Assembly (NCBI GenBank): GCA_964016885.1
Contig: OZ024755.1
Location: forward strand, 25,730,001-25,794,000
Source of the DNA: Eledone cirrhosa
Lineage: Eukaryota
DNA: 64,000 nt
Reading direction: 5' to 3'
Within the stretch, counting starts at the first letter, position 1. Each line of letters begins with the position of its first letter. A program made the position numbers and the translations under genes. Below are positions 13,501 to 60,517 of this stretch, in pieces. A model generated the notes under the pieces. The model searched no databases and was not told where the DNA came from. It was given only the letters and a program-made list of their open reading frames with translations.

Positions 13501-13749
13501 GTGCCTACACGTCATATACGCATATATATATATATACACACCCAGATAACCACAAACGTACACACCTTCTCTGACTCAAATACATACATATGGAAAAATA
13601 ACTTGACTGAAGAATTTATTAAAAATCATGTATGGGACTGTGTGTCTCAATCTCTCTCTGCATGTATATCTGTCTAAGTGCCTGTGTATATATGTTTGTC
13701 TATGTGCATGTATGTGTACGTGTCTGTGCATGTTGTCCTAGGGGAAGGC

Positions 13750-13925
13750 AAATGTCGATTCAGCTTGGCACCAGTGACGTCACAACTTATTTCTACAGCT
13801 GAGTGATTTGGAGCAACATGGAGTAAAGTGTCTTGTTTAAGGACTAAAACATTGCCCAGTCTAAGAGTCGAGCTCACAGTCTCATAATTGTGACTCTAAC
13901 TCTCTAACCACTAAGCCATACCTAC
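13750..13925 (-). mobile_element. Degenerate tRNA-derived SINE (family B-like head)
   Basis: Minus strand reads ATGGCTTAGTGGTTAGAG...GAGCTCGACTC...CCTTAAACAAGACACTTT. Confidence 0.6.
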
Positions 13926-13936
13926 TATAGTGATAA

Positions 13937-14123
13937 TAATTGTTTCTGCTTTTGGCACAAGGCCAGCAATTATCCCAGTGTATTACTGGTACTTTATTTT
14001 ATCGACCCAGTAAGGATGAAAGGCAAAGTTAAGCTCGGCGGTATTTGAACTCAGATCATAAAGGGCCGTAACTCTTTGCTGCAAAGCATGGCATCCGACC
14101 CTCTACCGATACTGCCAATCCAC
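13937..14123 (-). mobile_element. SINE family A
   Basis: Reverse complement of the 1636-1822 element. Confidence 0.8.
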
Positions 14124-14407
14124 CATAATTATAGTGATAATAATATACAGTGGAAACCCTGTTCTGTGTAGTCTATCAACTATTTATAGCTATGGCAGAA
14201 TTCTACAGCTGGCATTGATGGTTTGTTTTTGGAAGGAGGGGTGTTAGCAATATCACTAACATTTTTGGCTGTAATTCTTCTTTTTTCACTTCTCAGTCTC
14301 ATCCTTTCTAACTCCTACTTTCCAAATAACTTCAGATTGATTGCACCTTCTTCTAGAAGATTCTTTTACAGTTTACTGTTCTGTCTATCTGCCATCAGTA
14401 TCTTAAG

Positions 14408-14673
<266 letters not shown>

Positions 14674-14750
14674 AAATTTTAATGTTATTTCTCAACATAG
14701 AAAGACAAGCCTTGTTGCTCTAGATAGACAGACAAGCCTCTAAATAGATA

Positions 14751-15942
14751 TCTTTCTTTATTTGCCACAGGGGCGTACAAAAATGGGACATTACAAGACA
14801 CGATGTGGGGGTTTTACATAAAAAAATCATATAACTTTAACATTAATAAATAACAATAGAGTATATATAACAAAATAACAATTGAAATCCCCAATAGGGG
14901 GGAACGTTACTGCAGGGTTGTTTTACACCCCATGGATAGAACAACCCTCAACACCAGGAACACGTTTTGTAGGTGTTCCTGTCTTCCCTCTGTTCATCTT
15001 CCTCAACCTACAGGTTTATATACAGAGAAGGCCCATTCACTCGGGCCATTTTCACCACATTCACCCACCTTTCAGCGATTTAACTGGGGTGTAGCACCTA
15101 TCTCTCCACTCTCACTTTCCTTCTGAAGTGGTACTTAAAGAAGGGATAAGTTGTTGTTCGGAGAGAAAGGTGTTTGCCCTCAGTCCTTTTAACCTCGTCC
15201 ACCATATTACCTCTTTCGCCATAGCCACCAGACAGAGGAAAACTGCCTCTCCTTCATTCTTAAATGAAGGCGGCGGGATGATCTTCACGATGAACTCGGC
15301 TGACAACTGGATGCGTCCCACACGTGACAGTAGCTGTTCAACATAATTCTACAGGTCGGTCACCCCTGGGCACTGAACAATTGTGTACAGAACGGTTTCG
15401 ATGTCCTGCTTGCATCTTGGACGGGTCCTTTTTGCCGGATCTCTGCCAGGGCATCCGTGCCTGTAGATTTTGTCTCGAACTGGTAGAGCTTGTTGGTAGC
15501 ACTGCCAGGTCAGAGAGCTCTAGAAGTTATCCATAGGCCCTGGACGGAAAGTCCCCCCGAACAGACAGGTCAGTTCGTCCTTCTCGATGCCTAGAGTTTG
15601 CCCGAGAACGTTGTCGCACTTATCCTCCACTAATCCCCTATAGAATGTCGAAGTGGGGTCTCCGCTGATTGCTGTTTCCACTTGGTAGAGGGCTGTGAGC
15701 ACCTGAAGGCACTCGAGGTGCCAGGCACCCATTTTCGGTCTTTGCTTGACCCAAGACTGCAGCTCTGTTAGTGAGACGAGTTGTGGAAGAGCTTGTCTCA
15801 CAAATGACAGCCACACCGGTTCACTGCTCAAGAATACCTGGAGATGGCGTAGCCTCAGCGCGTGTTTGCACATCATCAGCCACAGCATGCCCAGCCCTCC
15901 GTTAGAAGAGTGTTGACAGCAGCTGGATCTCTTCACCAATGG
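14751..15942 (-). mobile_element. 5'-truncated L1/Tx1-clade LINE with 16-bp TSD
   Basis: TSD AGCCTCTAAATAGATA at 14735-14750 and 15943-15958. Minus-strand ORF remnant VKRSSCCQHSSNGGLGM...ALRLRHL resembles the post-RT GGLG region of L1/Tx1 ORF2. The 3' end has AATAAA and an A-rich tail; the insert is GC-rich relative to its flanks. Confidence 0.75.
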
Positions 15943-16750
15943 AGCCTCTAAATAGATAGATAGATAGATAATCCTGTATCTGTGACTACCACTCTAGATA
16001 GAGTGACAGACTGACAGACAAGCCTGTATCTGTGACTATCTCTTCTATTATACAGAAGAAGTATTTGCCACTCTGGTGTAACAGCCATTTTGTGAAGCTT
16101 AATTGCTTAAGACATGTTTCTAAAATTTTTTTTTTTTGTAATGAGACAACTGCTAGGCATTTATTTCATCACATTTTCACTTTCTCTCTAAATATATTCA
16201 AAATTTAACTAATTTATAAATAAATTCTTTATTGAAAAATTATCAAAGAGTTATTGTTATTTAAAGGTCTTTCATTTAAAAATTTTCTTTTTCTAAACAA
16301 GGATTATTTTAAATAAATTTTCCACGTGTCTGAGGGAAATCTCTGTTTATTAACGAACATTTCTGTAATTCTATCAATATTCTGGTGCTATTCTAAAACT
16401 GATTAGATGAGAAACATGTCCTTTTTTTTTTTACTTTCTTTTAAATTTTGAAATTAATTTGTAAAAAAATAAATTAGTAGTTTACTTCACTGCTTGCTTA
16501 ATGAATATTTATAATTAAGTAGTATTTCTTAACTTTCTTTGTCTTATCAAGTGAGTGTGTGCATTGATGTTCTCTCTCTTTCACTCACTGCCTCCATCTC
16601 TCTTGCTCTCCTCATCTGTCACTATTTGTGCAAATGAGAGCCCACGTGCTGGTCGTCCTACGGTCCCAGCAGACAGAATAGAGAAGGCATTTCCCCAGAG
16701 GATGGTGAGGGAGATGCGTTGGAAAAGCCTGGAATGAGAAATAAACAAAA

Positions 16751-16942
16751 ATAATTGTTTCTACTTTTGGCACAAGGCCAGCAATTACCCCCAGTGCATT
16801 ACTGGTACATTATTTTATCGACCCCCGTAAGGATGAAAGGCAAAGTCAACCTCGACGGGATTTTAACTCAGACCACAAAGGGCCATAACTCTATTCTGCA
16901 AAGCCTGGTGTCTGACCCTCTACCGGTACAGACAATCCACCA
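16751..16942 (-). mobile_element. SINE family A
   Basis: Homologous to 13937-14123. Confidence 0.8.
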
Positions 16943-17109
16943 AAAATAATAATATTAATAACAACAAAGAAGTGGGAGAAATATAACCTTTCAAACAGAG
17001 GGACAAAGTTTGAAAGTTGGATTAATCAAGAAAAGGCACCACCATAGAGAAAAATATAAAAAATTGAGCAACACTTTTACATGTGATATGGTATAAGATA
17101 GAAAATTCT

Positions 17110-17405
17110 TCCTAAGAGACAGCACTGTCATTCTTTAAGTACCAAGTGTGTCTTGAAGTGAAGATTCTCTGTAAATGTCAGCACTGCCATTCTTCAGGTA
17201 CCAAGTGTGTCTTGAAATGAAGAATCTCTCTAAAAGACAGCACTGCCATTCTTCAGGTACCAACTGCGTCTTAACGTGAAGAATCTCTCTAAAAGACAGC
17301 ACTGCCATTCTTCAGGTACCAACTGCGTCTTGAAGTGAAGAATCTCTCTAAAAGACAGCACTGCCATTCTTCAGGTACCAAGTGTGTCTTGGAGTGAAGA
17401 ATCTG
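17110..17405. repeat. 59-bp tandem repeat, 5 copies
   Basis: CAGCACTG recurs every 59 bp (17120, 17179, 17238, 17297, 17356). Confidence 0.92.
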
Positions 17406-18567
17406 GTATTGCACAAATGTTCAGCTGCATTTGTCAGCAAATAGTGCATAAAATTCTTGTCTTCATCATCATCATTTAACGTCTATCTTCCACGCTAGCT
17501 TGTCACAATTATATTCTATACTCATCTTAACTAACTCTTGCACTCTAGTATTAAGTATAAATCATTGTCTTGCTTTTTTTACTCTACTCCAGCTTTTCAC
17601 TCTTGTATTTCTAATTTGCATTGTACCAGCTTCTTCCAAATAACCCTCACCACAAGTCTTGCAATGCTTCATAGGAACTATACTACTTTGTAATAAACTA
17701 TTATTAAATTACTACTGTTAACTAGAACTGGTCTCTTTCTCTCTACATTTATAACTTGTTGCTGTATTTATAAATACAACTATTACTAATACTAATAAGT
17801 TGTATTTCAAGTTTCCTCAAAGTCACTAGATTTTTTTTTAGTAACACCTGTCTTTGTACTGAACATCTGTCAAATCTTCAGCCTTCTACAACACAACCAC
17901 GCCCTCATACACAATTACACTTTCAAATATTATTGTTATTGATCTCAGTTCTAGATTCTACATGAATTATATTTACAGGTATAATTAGCATCATTGAGTC
18001 TTCAACCTGACAGAGCCAGCTCTTGCTTTATGAAACAAAACCATTTTAATGGGTTCCTTTATAAATTAAAATCTTCCAACATTATTTAATATAAAAAAAC
18101 AACTTATATTATGTTATGATACGAATGCCATCTTAAAATAATCAACAATTTTAGTAAATCCCTAAAAATTCTTCATTAATTAATTAAAATACTGTATATT
18201 TCGTGAGAAATATTGTAACAAAAGGGTTAAAAATCAAATAGCTTTCCATTATTCTGCGTATATATTAAGATGTACCCACCCACTCTAAATTAAACAAACA
18301 CAAAAGTATCTATAACAACAATACACTACTAAAACCATGCTTCCTGGCTAGCTTTAGTGTTAACTAACATCTGATATTGGAATTGATCTAGCCATCTCTT
18401 ATTAGTGTTGATTTCTTTATTGATTTCCTGGTTGTTTGGTTATTAGCACTGCACCACATCTGAACAATTGTTCATTCTCTACTCCCCCCCCCCCCCCCCA
18501 CCTCCTCTCTTTTTGCTGTCTTTTATTGACTCTTTTCATACCAAACCTACTAAAACCAATACTGCTT

Positions 18568-18865
18568 TTATAATAATAATAATAATAATAATAATGAAAT
18601 ATTGTGTACAGTGCTCAGGTGCACTACAACTCATCAAAAAGTGTATGTATAGTACATAGGGTAATGTACAAACGTCAGGAAAATGAACAGTGCATGAGTC
18701 ATGATATACACGTGTGCATGTGTATGGAAGGTGTAGTTTTGGCGAATTTCGGGAAGCATGAGGGTTTTAAAGGATGCAGTGTCTCGGCAGCTAACAACTG
18801 ACGCAGGCAGTTTGTTCCATGCTTCAGCAACTCTGAGCGTGAAAAAATGTTTACGAAAGTCATAC
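18568..18865 (-). mobile_element. CR1-type LINE 3' end with (ATT)n tail
   Basis: Minus-strand translation DFRKHFFTLRVAEAWNKLPASVV..DTASFK is the typical CR1 C-terminus (FFxxRVxxxWNxLP). Confidence 0.75.
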
Positions 18866-20064
18866 AGACTGTTTATTTTAAAGTTTTTTATTTATCTAAA
18901 AACCTTCCATAATTTTGATAATTTTAACTTGTGTTAAATTATCTTACAAAAATCAGCTTAATAATAAGAAAGTTAGTTATATTACTAAATCTTTCCAAAT
19001 TCTTGATTATTTCCAGAATTATTTGAAAATCATAGGCAGTCTGATTCATTAAAATATGGAAATGAAAGGGTTAAAGACATATGCAGTGTCTTTCATTAGA
19101 AATATGGTGATGAAAGGGTTAATATACCACTATCTTTATTAAAGTGGTTGATGGTTGGAAGGGCATCTAGTCAAAGAAAGCTTTCCAAACAAAGTTTTGG
19201 GAGGACCTTCAGTTGTGTCAAAGACAGGACAAACTCCCTAATGTCAGTGCCACAATAAAAGCATTTGGTAGAACGTGGAACCATATATGATACAGACAGC
19301 CAGCCTGTCTGGGAGGTCAGTAAGCCTTGTTTCAGTACTGACTTGGTTTGTAAAGATCCATCCAACCCTTGCTAGCAAGAAAAGCAGATGTTAAATGATG
19401 CTGATTGTTGGTGCGACATAGTATTGATATTTTGGTTTGTATAACTACACTTCACTGGCCTTAGGATGAGATGCAGTCTTATCCTTTCTCCTTCTATTGA
19501 TGTCAGGAAGAAGTTAGAAAAGTGTCTTGATGTTTCATGCACTAGTCTTTTATCAGAAAGTACTAAATATTACAAACTAAAGTGTGACTCTTGTTCTATT
19601 ACACACTCACGCACGCTTTGATTTTAATTCACTACAAAATTTAATTTTTTGGCAAATTTCAGTTATTTCAGTTGGTAAAATGTACCACAGTTTTTTATAT
19701 TTATTTTATTTCTGTCTTCTGTAGTTTTTCTCTAGTATCGCTAGTGTCAACAGTCAAAATAGTAAAAACTGGTCTAACTTGAAGTCAACTGGTATTTAAC
19801 CAATCTATTAAAGTTGAGAAAGACCACCTTTCAAAATCTCTCTCTCTCCCCTCTCTTACTTCCCTCTCTTACTTCCCTCTCACACTCTCCTTACAACTCT
19901 ACCATGTTTTAGTTTCTTCTGTTAGTCATTAAAGTTTGTCGGTGTCCTTGGAACCATGCAATTCTACACATACATGCACATATACGCACACATATGTGAT
20001 AGAGGGAGAGAGATTACTTACACATACACTCTCTCACACACACACTTATATATGTATATATATA

Positions 20065-20308
20065 GATTTTGAGTATATGTTGGTTGTATACCAACACCTC
20101 AGTATGCAGGCTGGAGCACTCGACGAAGTGCGCAGGTTGGTTTGGTTACTCCGGAGTAATGTAAAATAAAGTTAAATAAAAAGTCAAATGTTTAAAATTG
20201 AGCTTCGTTTATTACTGCTATATATATTTCAGTGACAGCCATCTTTGGCTGAGACCTCTTCAGGCAGTTTGAATTAGTGTGGTATAGACAAGTACATATG
20301 TTGTTGAG

Positions 20309-20312
<4 letters not shown>
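20065..20312 (-). mobile_element. Penelope-like terminal repeat fragment carrying a hammerhead motif (20214-20268)
   Basis: Near-identical to 63241-63475; minus strand ACTGC-CTGAAGA-stem II-GAAA-TATATA-TA-GCAGT; flanked by (TA)n. Confidence 0.7.
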
Positions 20313-20348
<36 letters not shown>

Positions 20349-22410
20349 TCACAGACATGCATAGATTTTACATATACATATATTCCCTACATACACACAT
20401 TGTGAAGGTGTATCGCCTTATGGTTATGATGTTGGTCTCACGATCTTAAGGTCATGGGTTCAGTTCTTTGACAAGGTCTTTGTCTCTGTTCTTAAGATGC
20501 TTCATTTCTCATTGCTTTTCATGATACAACTCGAGTCCCTATGATTAAAACACCCAAGAAACCTATGAGATGCAACCTTGTAAGAGGCTAGCTAACCCTA
20601 CATAGGTGTGAGCTGTAACAACAACATGGTAAAAGGGGGGGGGGGCTATCTTTAAGACACCCAAGAAACGTCCCATGAGACAAGCTGAACCTACATAGAT
20701 GTGACTTGTAACATTTTATTTCCATTTCATTTCACACATTCATATATATTGAGATTCAGAAAAGTTCTTAATGCCCCCCACATTCTCTCACTGCCCTAAA
20801 TGTTTTATTCCTTCCCACACACTCACAGACACATACACATTCTTGCATGCTTTCTCACTTATGAACACACCCACATATATACAAATAGACAATACACATA
20901 CAGAAAAAGTATGAGCTAGTTAGTAGAATATGTTCACACATACACACATCCATATCCACATAGTAAGAATCTCTCTCCCAGAACTAAACTAAACAGTAAA
21001 CCACTACCCCTCCTCTTCCTCCAGCTCTATTTTATACTTCCATTTTCTTCACTTTAGTTTGTTTCTCTGAGATAGTACAAGAAACCTTTAAGTAACTTTA
21101 TATATATATATACACACACATACATACATTTTCTTGTCTCATCTTCAACATATAGTTCCCAGCTCACTTCACTCTCCCCTCTCTTATTTCTAGCACCCCT
21201 CTGCTGTTCATCTGTTCTACACGCACACACTTATATACATATATATACACACACACACATACATACACAAACACTCCTTTTCAGTTTTTGATGGTTTTTC
21301 TTTATTTTTTGCATTGTTTTTTTAATGATTTAATTATATTTTATTTTATTTTGTTTACTGTAAATCTTCTTTGTTGAAGACAAATTTCAGTTCTTTTGTT
21401 GTTGTTAACTATCCTTCTGCCTTGTATAACTATACTACTACTTCTGCTACTACTACTACCACTTCTGCTACCACTACTTCCTCTGCTACTACTACCACCC
21501 TCATCACTACTGTTGTTGTGATCTATCCCTGTGCATGAGCATCACCGCTTCTTACTACCACTACCACAACAACTACTATTACTGTTGTTGTAAACTATCC
21601 CTGTACACCGGCATCTTACCTACCACCACCACCACTGCTGTTATGAACTATCCCTGTGCATGGGCATCACCGCTTTCTTCTACTACTACTACTACAACTA
21701 TTACAGCTGTTGTGAGCTATCCCTGTGCACCGGCCTCTTAGCTACTACCACTACTACTACTCCAATTCTATTACTGCTACACCACATGTTCTTGCACACA
21801 CACACACATACATACATACACACACACATACATACATACATACATACATACAACCATCAGTGTTTGCTAACCTCTTAGGACTTAAGTAACTTATCACTCT
21901 TCTATTAATTCACGTTTTTTAAACCTGTTTATATTTATTTACAACTACACACGACAAACACACACCATGCACACCACACCACAAACACACATGACACACG
22001 TACACATTAATTTTCAATTGTTTAATAGTTTTAAGTATCCATTGTCTCAACGGTAATGATGTATATATATACTAGACAGAAATAAGTTAAGACACCTACA
22101 GTCTAACTTTTTCCCGATTTCCACTTTATACTAGTTTTTTTTTTCTTCATTCCTCCTCTCCCCTGCTCACTTAACCTCGTACCATTCCTTTCCCCCTCTT
22201 GCTCTCTCTTTTTCTCTCTCTCACACAGTATTACACCATCTTCCCTCTCCTTCTCACACACACAATCTCCTGCCATTCAAATTCAGAATTTTTTCAGTTT
22301 TGCAACACCACCACCAAGCAAAGAAAAGAGACAAAGTTTTTTTTTTTTAGTTTTTATTCTTAATTTAAATCTTACTATTAATTTGATTTCGTATTATTTT
22401 GACTGTGACA

Positions 22411-55542
<33,132 letters not shown>

Positions 55543-55939
55543 AGGAACATCAATGACAGACATTGACCTGTCAATTTTACTTGTCAAAACCACATCTTCC
55601 TGCCACCCACCTCTGGTTTGAAGTTTATGCCTGATGTGGGACAGGGCTGATATTTTAAAAACATATTTGGTTTTGTTTCCTTTTTGTCTTTCTTTGCCTG
55701 TCAATGCTATTATAATTACTGTAATTATTGTAATTACAAAATAATTCTGCCCTAATTATGCAAATATGTACTTTGGAAAAACCATTTTTATCTTCTTCAA
55801 ATTTAAATTGTATTTCTTTCATTTCTATATTGTACCATTTTATATTCTTCATAATTTGAATAATACTTTATTTCAAACTATTTTAATAATAAAATTACTA
55901 AGTTTAATCATTATAATGATGATATTATTGTTATTATTA

Positions 55940-56070
55940 TTATAAATAAAAATTAATTCTTAACAGAGAAATCTAAGCAGTTTCAACATTTTATGTCCCC
56001 TCTCTTCATTCTGCTATGAAAAAATATATATATAATGAATATAATAAATAAATAAATATTCAATAAACCA
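55940..56070 (+). promoter_or_regulatory. Candidate polyadenylation signals of the CAP 3' UTR
   Basis: Several AATAAA hexamers followed by a T/GT-rich tract (~56087-56105); the AT-rich background lowers specificity. Confidence 0.4.
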
Positions 56071-56927
56071 ACCAATCAATAATTAAATTGTTTTGTTATT
56101 TTACTAATTCATCAACTTTGGTCCTTTCTTTTAGGGCCGTACATAATTTACATTACAAAGTCCCTGTCATAATCCTGTTCACACCAAACTACCCCTGATT
56201 CTATGATACTGGGTTGTATAAGAACCTCTGTTATATTCCAAGCACTAGCTTAATAACAAGGAAGTTAAGTTATATTACTAAATCTTCAAAAAATCTTTAT
56301 TTTCAAATTGGTTTGAAAACCAATATCTTTCATTAGAAATATGGTAATGAAAGGGTTAATATAATTCTTCAGCTCATTTTTCTCTCCAGTGTAATTCCCT
56401 AGACACGTCAATGTTTTGGGGTTTTTTTTTGGTTTTTTTTTCTGGTGAAGATTTCAAATTGTTTTGAGAAAGAACTCATGTTCTTGGAATGACCTCCCTT
56501 TGTCAGGGGAGGCGATTCTGCGAAAACTGGCATCGCCTTTCATTTATTTTCCATTATCACCATTAGAAGACTTTTGTGTGCTAAGTCCGGGCTGGTGTGG
56601 TGACTATGTCCTGCTTATACGCTTTGTTTAGGCTTCGTTTATATGGCTGGATGCCCTTATAAATGCTAACCACTCTACAGTGTATACTGGGAGCATTTTA
56701 ACTTGACTCCGACACTAGCATCTTACTGGGTGGACTGAGAACTTTTGTAGTAAGACCAGAACTAGTGTTTAATAAACATAGTCGGGCTGGGGTCCAACAT
56801 TTCATTACTAGAGTGGTTGATCATGGTTGCACCCGGCTTCCCTTGCTTGGGGCGTGTGGGGAGGGGTAGAAGTGTTGGGGGTTAAGTTCTTTGTCATCTC
56901 ATCTGTCATGAGATTCAGCTAACTATA

Positions 56928-57490
56928 TACGAAGGTAAGCTGAAAAGTTCATAAGCTGATTATGAAAGAATGATGCTAGAGCTGTGAAATCTTGCATGAT
57001 TTAATTTCAACTTTTATTAATAACTGCATTGTTTCTTTCCAAATGTAACTAGTAGCGACTTTTCTTGAAATGAACAAAATTTGGCATTGTGGTGTTACCA
57101 TGTACCTGCAGAAAAAGGATATTCATGGTGACATGGTTGCTACAGGGGATGATGCCTCAGCTTTATCAACAGTGCAAAAGTTGGCAGCTGAATTTAGGAG
57201 AAGGGAGAGTCTTGAAGTTGACCCATTATGATGGATGACAGGTGATTGATTATAAATCAAATAGCCAATGTTATTAGCATACCCCATGAGAAAGTTGAGG
57301 ATATTATGCTCAATGAACTTTGCATGACGGTTTCTGCTTGGTGGGTGCCTTGTCTTCTGACACCTGATCAAAAACACACCAGGCTGATCTGGCCCCATTT
57401 GACTATCATCTGTTCTCCAACATGAAAAAGCACTTAGCTGGGAACCATTATTGCAGTGTTGATGTCATATCTGCTGTTGACTTTTTTTTT
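56928..57490 (+). mobile_element. Second decayed mariner copy (same family as 51663-52438)
   Basis: Shared TIR start and GCTTTATCAACAGTGCAAAAG block; later remnant HLFSNMKKHLAG. Confidence 0.8.
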
Positions 57491-57494
57491 ACCA

Positions 57495-57775
57495 GTAAAA
57501 GCTGAAAATACTATCTACTGCCTGTGAAATTAAGGTGCAAGTGGCTGAGCATTCCACAGACAAACATACAGTTTTGAGGTAAAAGCTGAAAATACTATCT
57601 ACTGCCTGTGAAATTAAGGTGCAAGTGGCTGAGCATTCCACAGACAAACATACAGTTTTGAGGTAAAAGCTAAAAATACTATCTACTGCCTGTGAAATTA
57701 AGGTGCAAGTGGCTGAGCATTCCACAGACAAACACATACAGTTTTGAGGTAAAAGCTGGAAATACTATCTACCAC
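57495..57775. repeat. 84-bp tandem repeat, about 3.3 copies
   Basis: AAAAGCTGAAAATACTATCTAC recurs every 84 bp. Confidence 0.92.
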
Positions 57776-58399
57776 AGTAAAACTGGTCACTCGAAACCAA
57801 AGCCATAATGCTCCATTAAAATTTATCCATCATTGAAACTGATCATTGACAGTACATGGGAGGAAATTCAGATTACAAGTGGTGCTGTAATATTTCGACT
57901 TGTTTGTCAGATTCCTTTTTATCAAACAGCAGACAACTCAAATCTATTCTGCTGGAATGGTTCTTGGTCAAGGAAATCAATTTTTCGTCAGGTAAAATGC
58001 AGTTTAAAGTTGTTTTCCAGCATGACTAGTTACATAGAAGACAGTATAAATATGGTATATAAAAAAACACAACTATGCTTAACTTTAATCTTTTTTATTC
58101 AGGATTTTTAATATTTCCTTATAAGTCCTTGATGTTATGTTTGGAACTAAATCCATTTCTAAATGCAAGTGTCCATTAATGTTTCAATTCCTTCATGACC
58201 ACATCCTCAAAATAAAATGATGGTAGTAATGGTGTGTAGTTCATTCTTATAAGAGTGGATTTCAAAAGGTCATGGGAATACTAGTAAAATCTTCAAGTCC
58301 TAGTAGATTTCATAGTTTAATTTCACATGTGCTGCATCTGTGTGTTAATGTTTCGTTTATATTATGTAATATGTAAAGCTTCCGTAGATTTGTTTATTT

Positions 58400-58830
58400 G
58401 TAGAATTCTATATAGTATTGTGGGGATGTCGACTAATGTTTTGTCGAACACTATATATTATTATGGTGTTGTCAACTAATGTTTTGTAGAACACTATATA
58501 TTATTGTGTCATTGTCAACTAATGTTTTATGGAATTCTATATAAAATGGTGATGTTGTCAATTAATGTTTTATGGAATTCTATATAGAATCGTGATGTTG
58601 TCAACTAATGTTTTATGGAATTCTATATAGAATCGTGATGTTGTCAACTAATGTTTTATGGAATTCTATATAGAATCGTGATGTTGTCAACTAATGTTTT
58701 ATTGAATTCTATATAGAATCGTGATGTTGTCAACCAATGTTTTATTGAATTCTATATAAAATGGTGATGTTGTCAACCAATGGTTTATGGAATTCTATAT
58801 AGAATCGTGATGTTGTCAACTAATGTATTT
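58400..58830. repeat. 43-bp tandem repeat with internal palindrome ATTCTATATAGAAT
   Basis: About 10 units of GATGTTGTCAACTAATGTTTTATGGAATTCTATATAGAATCGT. Confidence 0.9.
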
Positions 58831-59174
58831 GCATTTATTTTATTACATGTACATGTATTATATAGTAATGTGCTGTGATGGTTCCTTGTTGTAAGTGCAT
58901 TGTCAACCGATGAGTAAGTGTAGATGTGTGTCCAATGTAACAATTTCAAACAAGAGGCCTAGACCTTTCCTTGAAATTTGGATATTACATTAGTCATATG
59001 AAGTACATTCTGTGGTTTCTTTTTGATGAGGGTTTTTATTCTTGTAATATATTCTATGAATTTGAGGTTGTGTCTCGTATACATGTGTGTGTGTGTGTGT
59101 GTATGTATGTGTAGGTCTAACCCATACCAGCATGAAAAGTGGACATAAAATGATGATATATACAGATAGATAGT

Positions 59175-59820
59175 CACATGTGACTATATAATTGACTTGT
59201 CTCTCCTTTAATTGCAAATTAAAAGAGAAAGGAGTCCCACAAAAGATTACTTGGGTACCAAGAGATGTTGTTTCTGCCACAGTGAAAAAGTTACAATATT
59301 ACAAGGTTTGTCGTCTCTGAAAGATAATTATTTGAATTCAAAGAACGAAATTTTTAGAGGATGTTACATCTCAGAGGCCAACTACTTGCTCGGTAGAAAC
59401 ACTCAACAAATTCAACTGATTTTCAACCACTGTAATTTGATTTATATACTTTCTTAATACATGTTCGTTTTCCACACTACATAATATGGTAAAGCTTCTA
59501 TATTACTCAACTCCATACCTTAATAAATAGTAATATCTCTATATTACATGCCACAACATAATACCATACATCAGCTATGCTGTATACACACATGTACACC
59601 TACTTTGCTATTTCAAATTAACATCTTTCAGTTATTTCCCTTTGTTATACTATGTCTTCGTAAACAAGCATTTAACACTATATTTTAACAGTCTTCAAAC
59701 TTGTCTAAGCACCTGATGATTAGGTCACAAATTTGATCCCTCTTACAATCTGGAGATATAGTCAATATTAGAGGCCTTGAAACCTTAGGTAGCGCTTTTG
59801 TTCTGTGTATGAACATAAAT
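59175..59820 (+). mobile_element. Penelope-like element 3' fragment (GIY-YIG C-terminus plus hammerhead-bearing terminal repeat)
   Basis: KRCCFCHSEKVTIL...YLNSKNEIFRGC...YLL matches the Penelope CxLCLxEK...LNxRxE...CRH pattern; hammerhead core downstream. Confidence 0.7.
59707..59797 (+). ncRNA. Type I hammerhead ribozyme motif
   Basis: AAGCAC-CTGATGA-stem II (AGGTC...GGCCT)-GAAA-CC-TTA-GG-TA-GCGCTT; predicted GUA cleavage after 59791. Confidence 0.6.
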
Positions 59821-59964
59821 AGATAATATAATATAATAAATATATATACATTATATATATATATTATTTATATATATTTTATATATGTATATAATATATA
59901 CATTATTTATATATACACATTATATATATAATATATATATTTATACATTATATATAATCATCAT

Positions 59965-60495
59965 AATCATCATCGTTTAACGTCCATCTTCCACGCTTGC
60001 ATGGGTTTGGACGGGAGTTTTCCCACTTGAGGCAAGATTGGTTGTCCTGCTCGCATAGGACTGTCTGGAGGGTTTTCTACGGCTGGATGCCCTTCCTAAC
60101 ACCAACCACGTTTACAGTGTGGACTGGGAGGTTTTTACCGTGTTACCTACACGGCCACATTACAGTGTGGACTGTGTGTTTTTTTGTCGTGACACCTACA
60201 CGACCTCATTTGTTTCGGACTGGATGTTGTGGTACCAACATAACTTCACATTGAAGGGGGTGGGGGTAGTGGGACAGGGGTGTATTTTTGTTAGAGGTGC
60301 CTACTGACTGTAGTAGGTTTCACTTTGCACTTAGGCAAGGCAGGTCTTCTGTATTACTGTGTAGCGCCAAAGATCTCGGTCCAGTGACATTGTCTTGGAG
60401 AGGTGTAAGTGTGTGAGGTCGGAATTTATCAAGTCGTCCCAGGTTTTTCTGGGTCGACCTACTCCGTGGCTACCATCTAATTTTATCGCCCTGCA
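59965..60495 (-). mobile_element. RTE-type 3' end with (CAT)n-associated tail
   Basis: Minus strand CRAIKLDGSHGVGRPRKTWDDL, followed by the GGAAGGGCATCCAGC.../GGACGTTAAACGATGATG tail shared with SINE family B. Confidence 0.65.
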
Positions 60496-60517
60496 CATAT
60501 ATATATTTATACATTAT

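Noticed and set aside
16540-16560. Donor-like CAA|GTGAGT as the end of a CAP 5' UTR exon
   Set aside because: Plausible but unsupported; no promoter or acceptor can be assigned from sequence alone.
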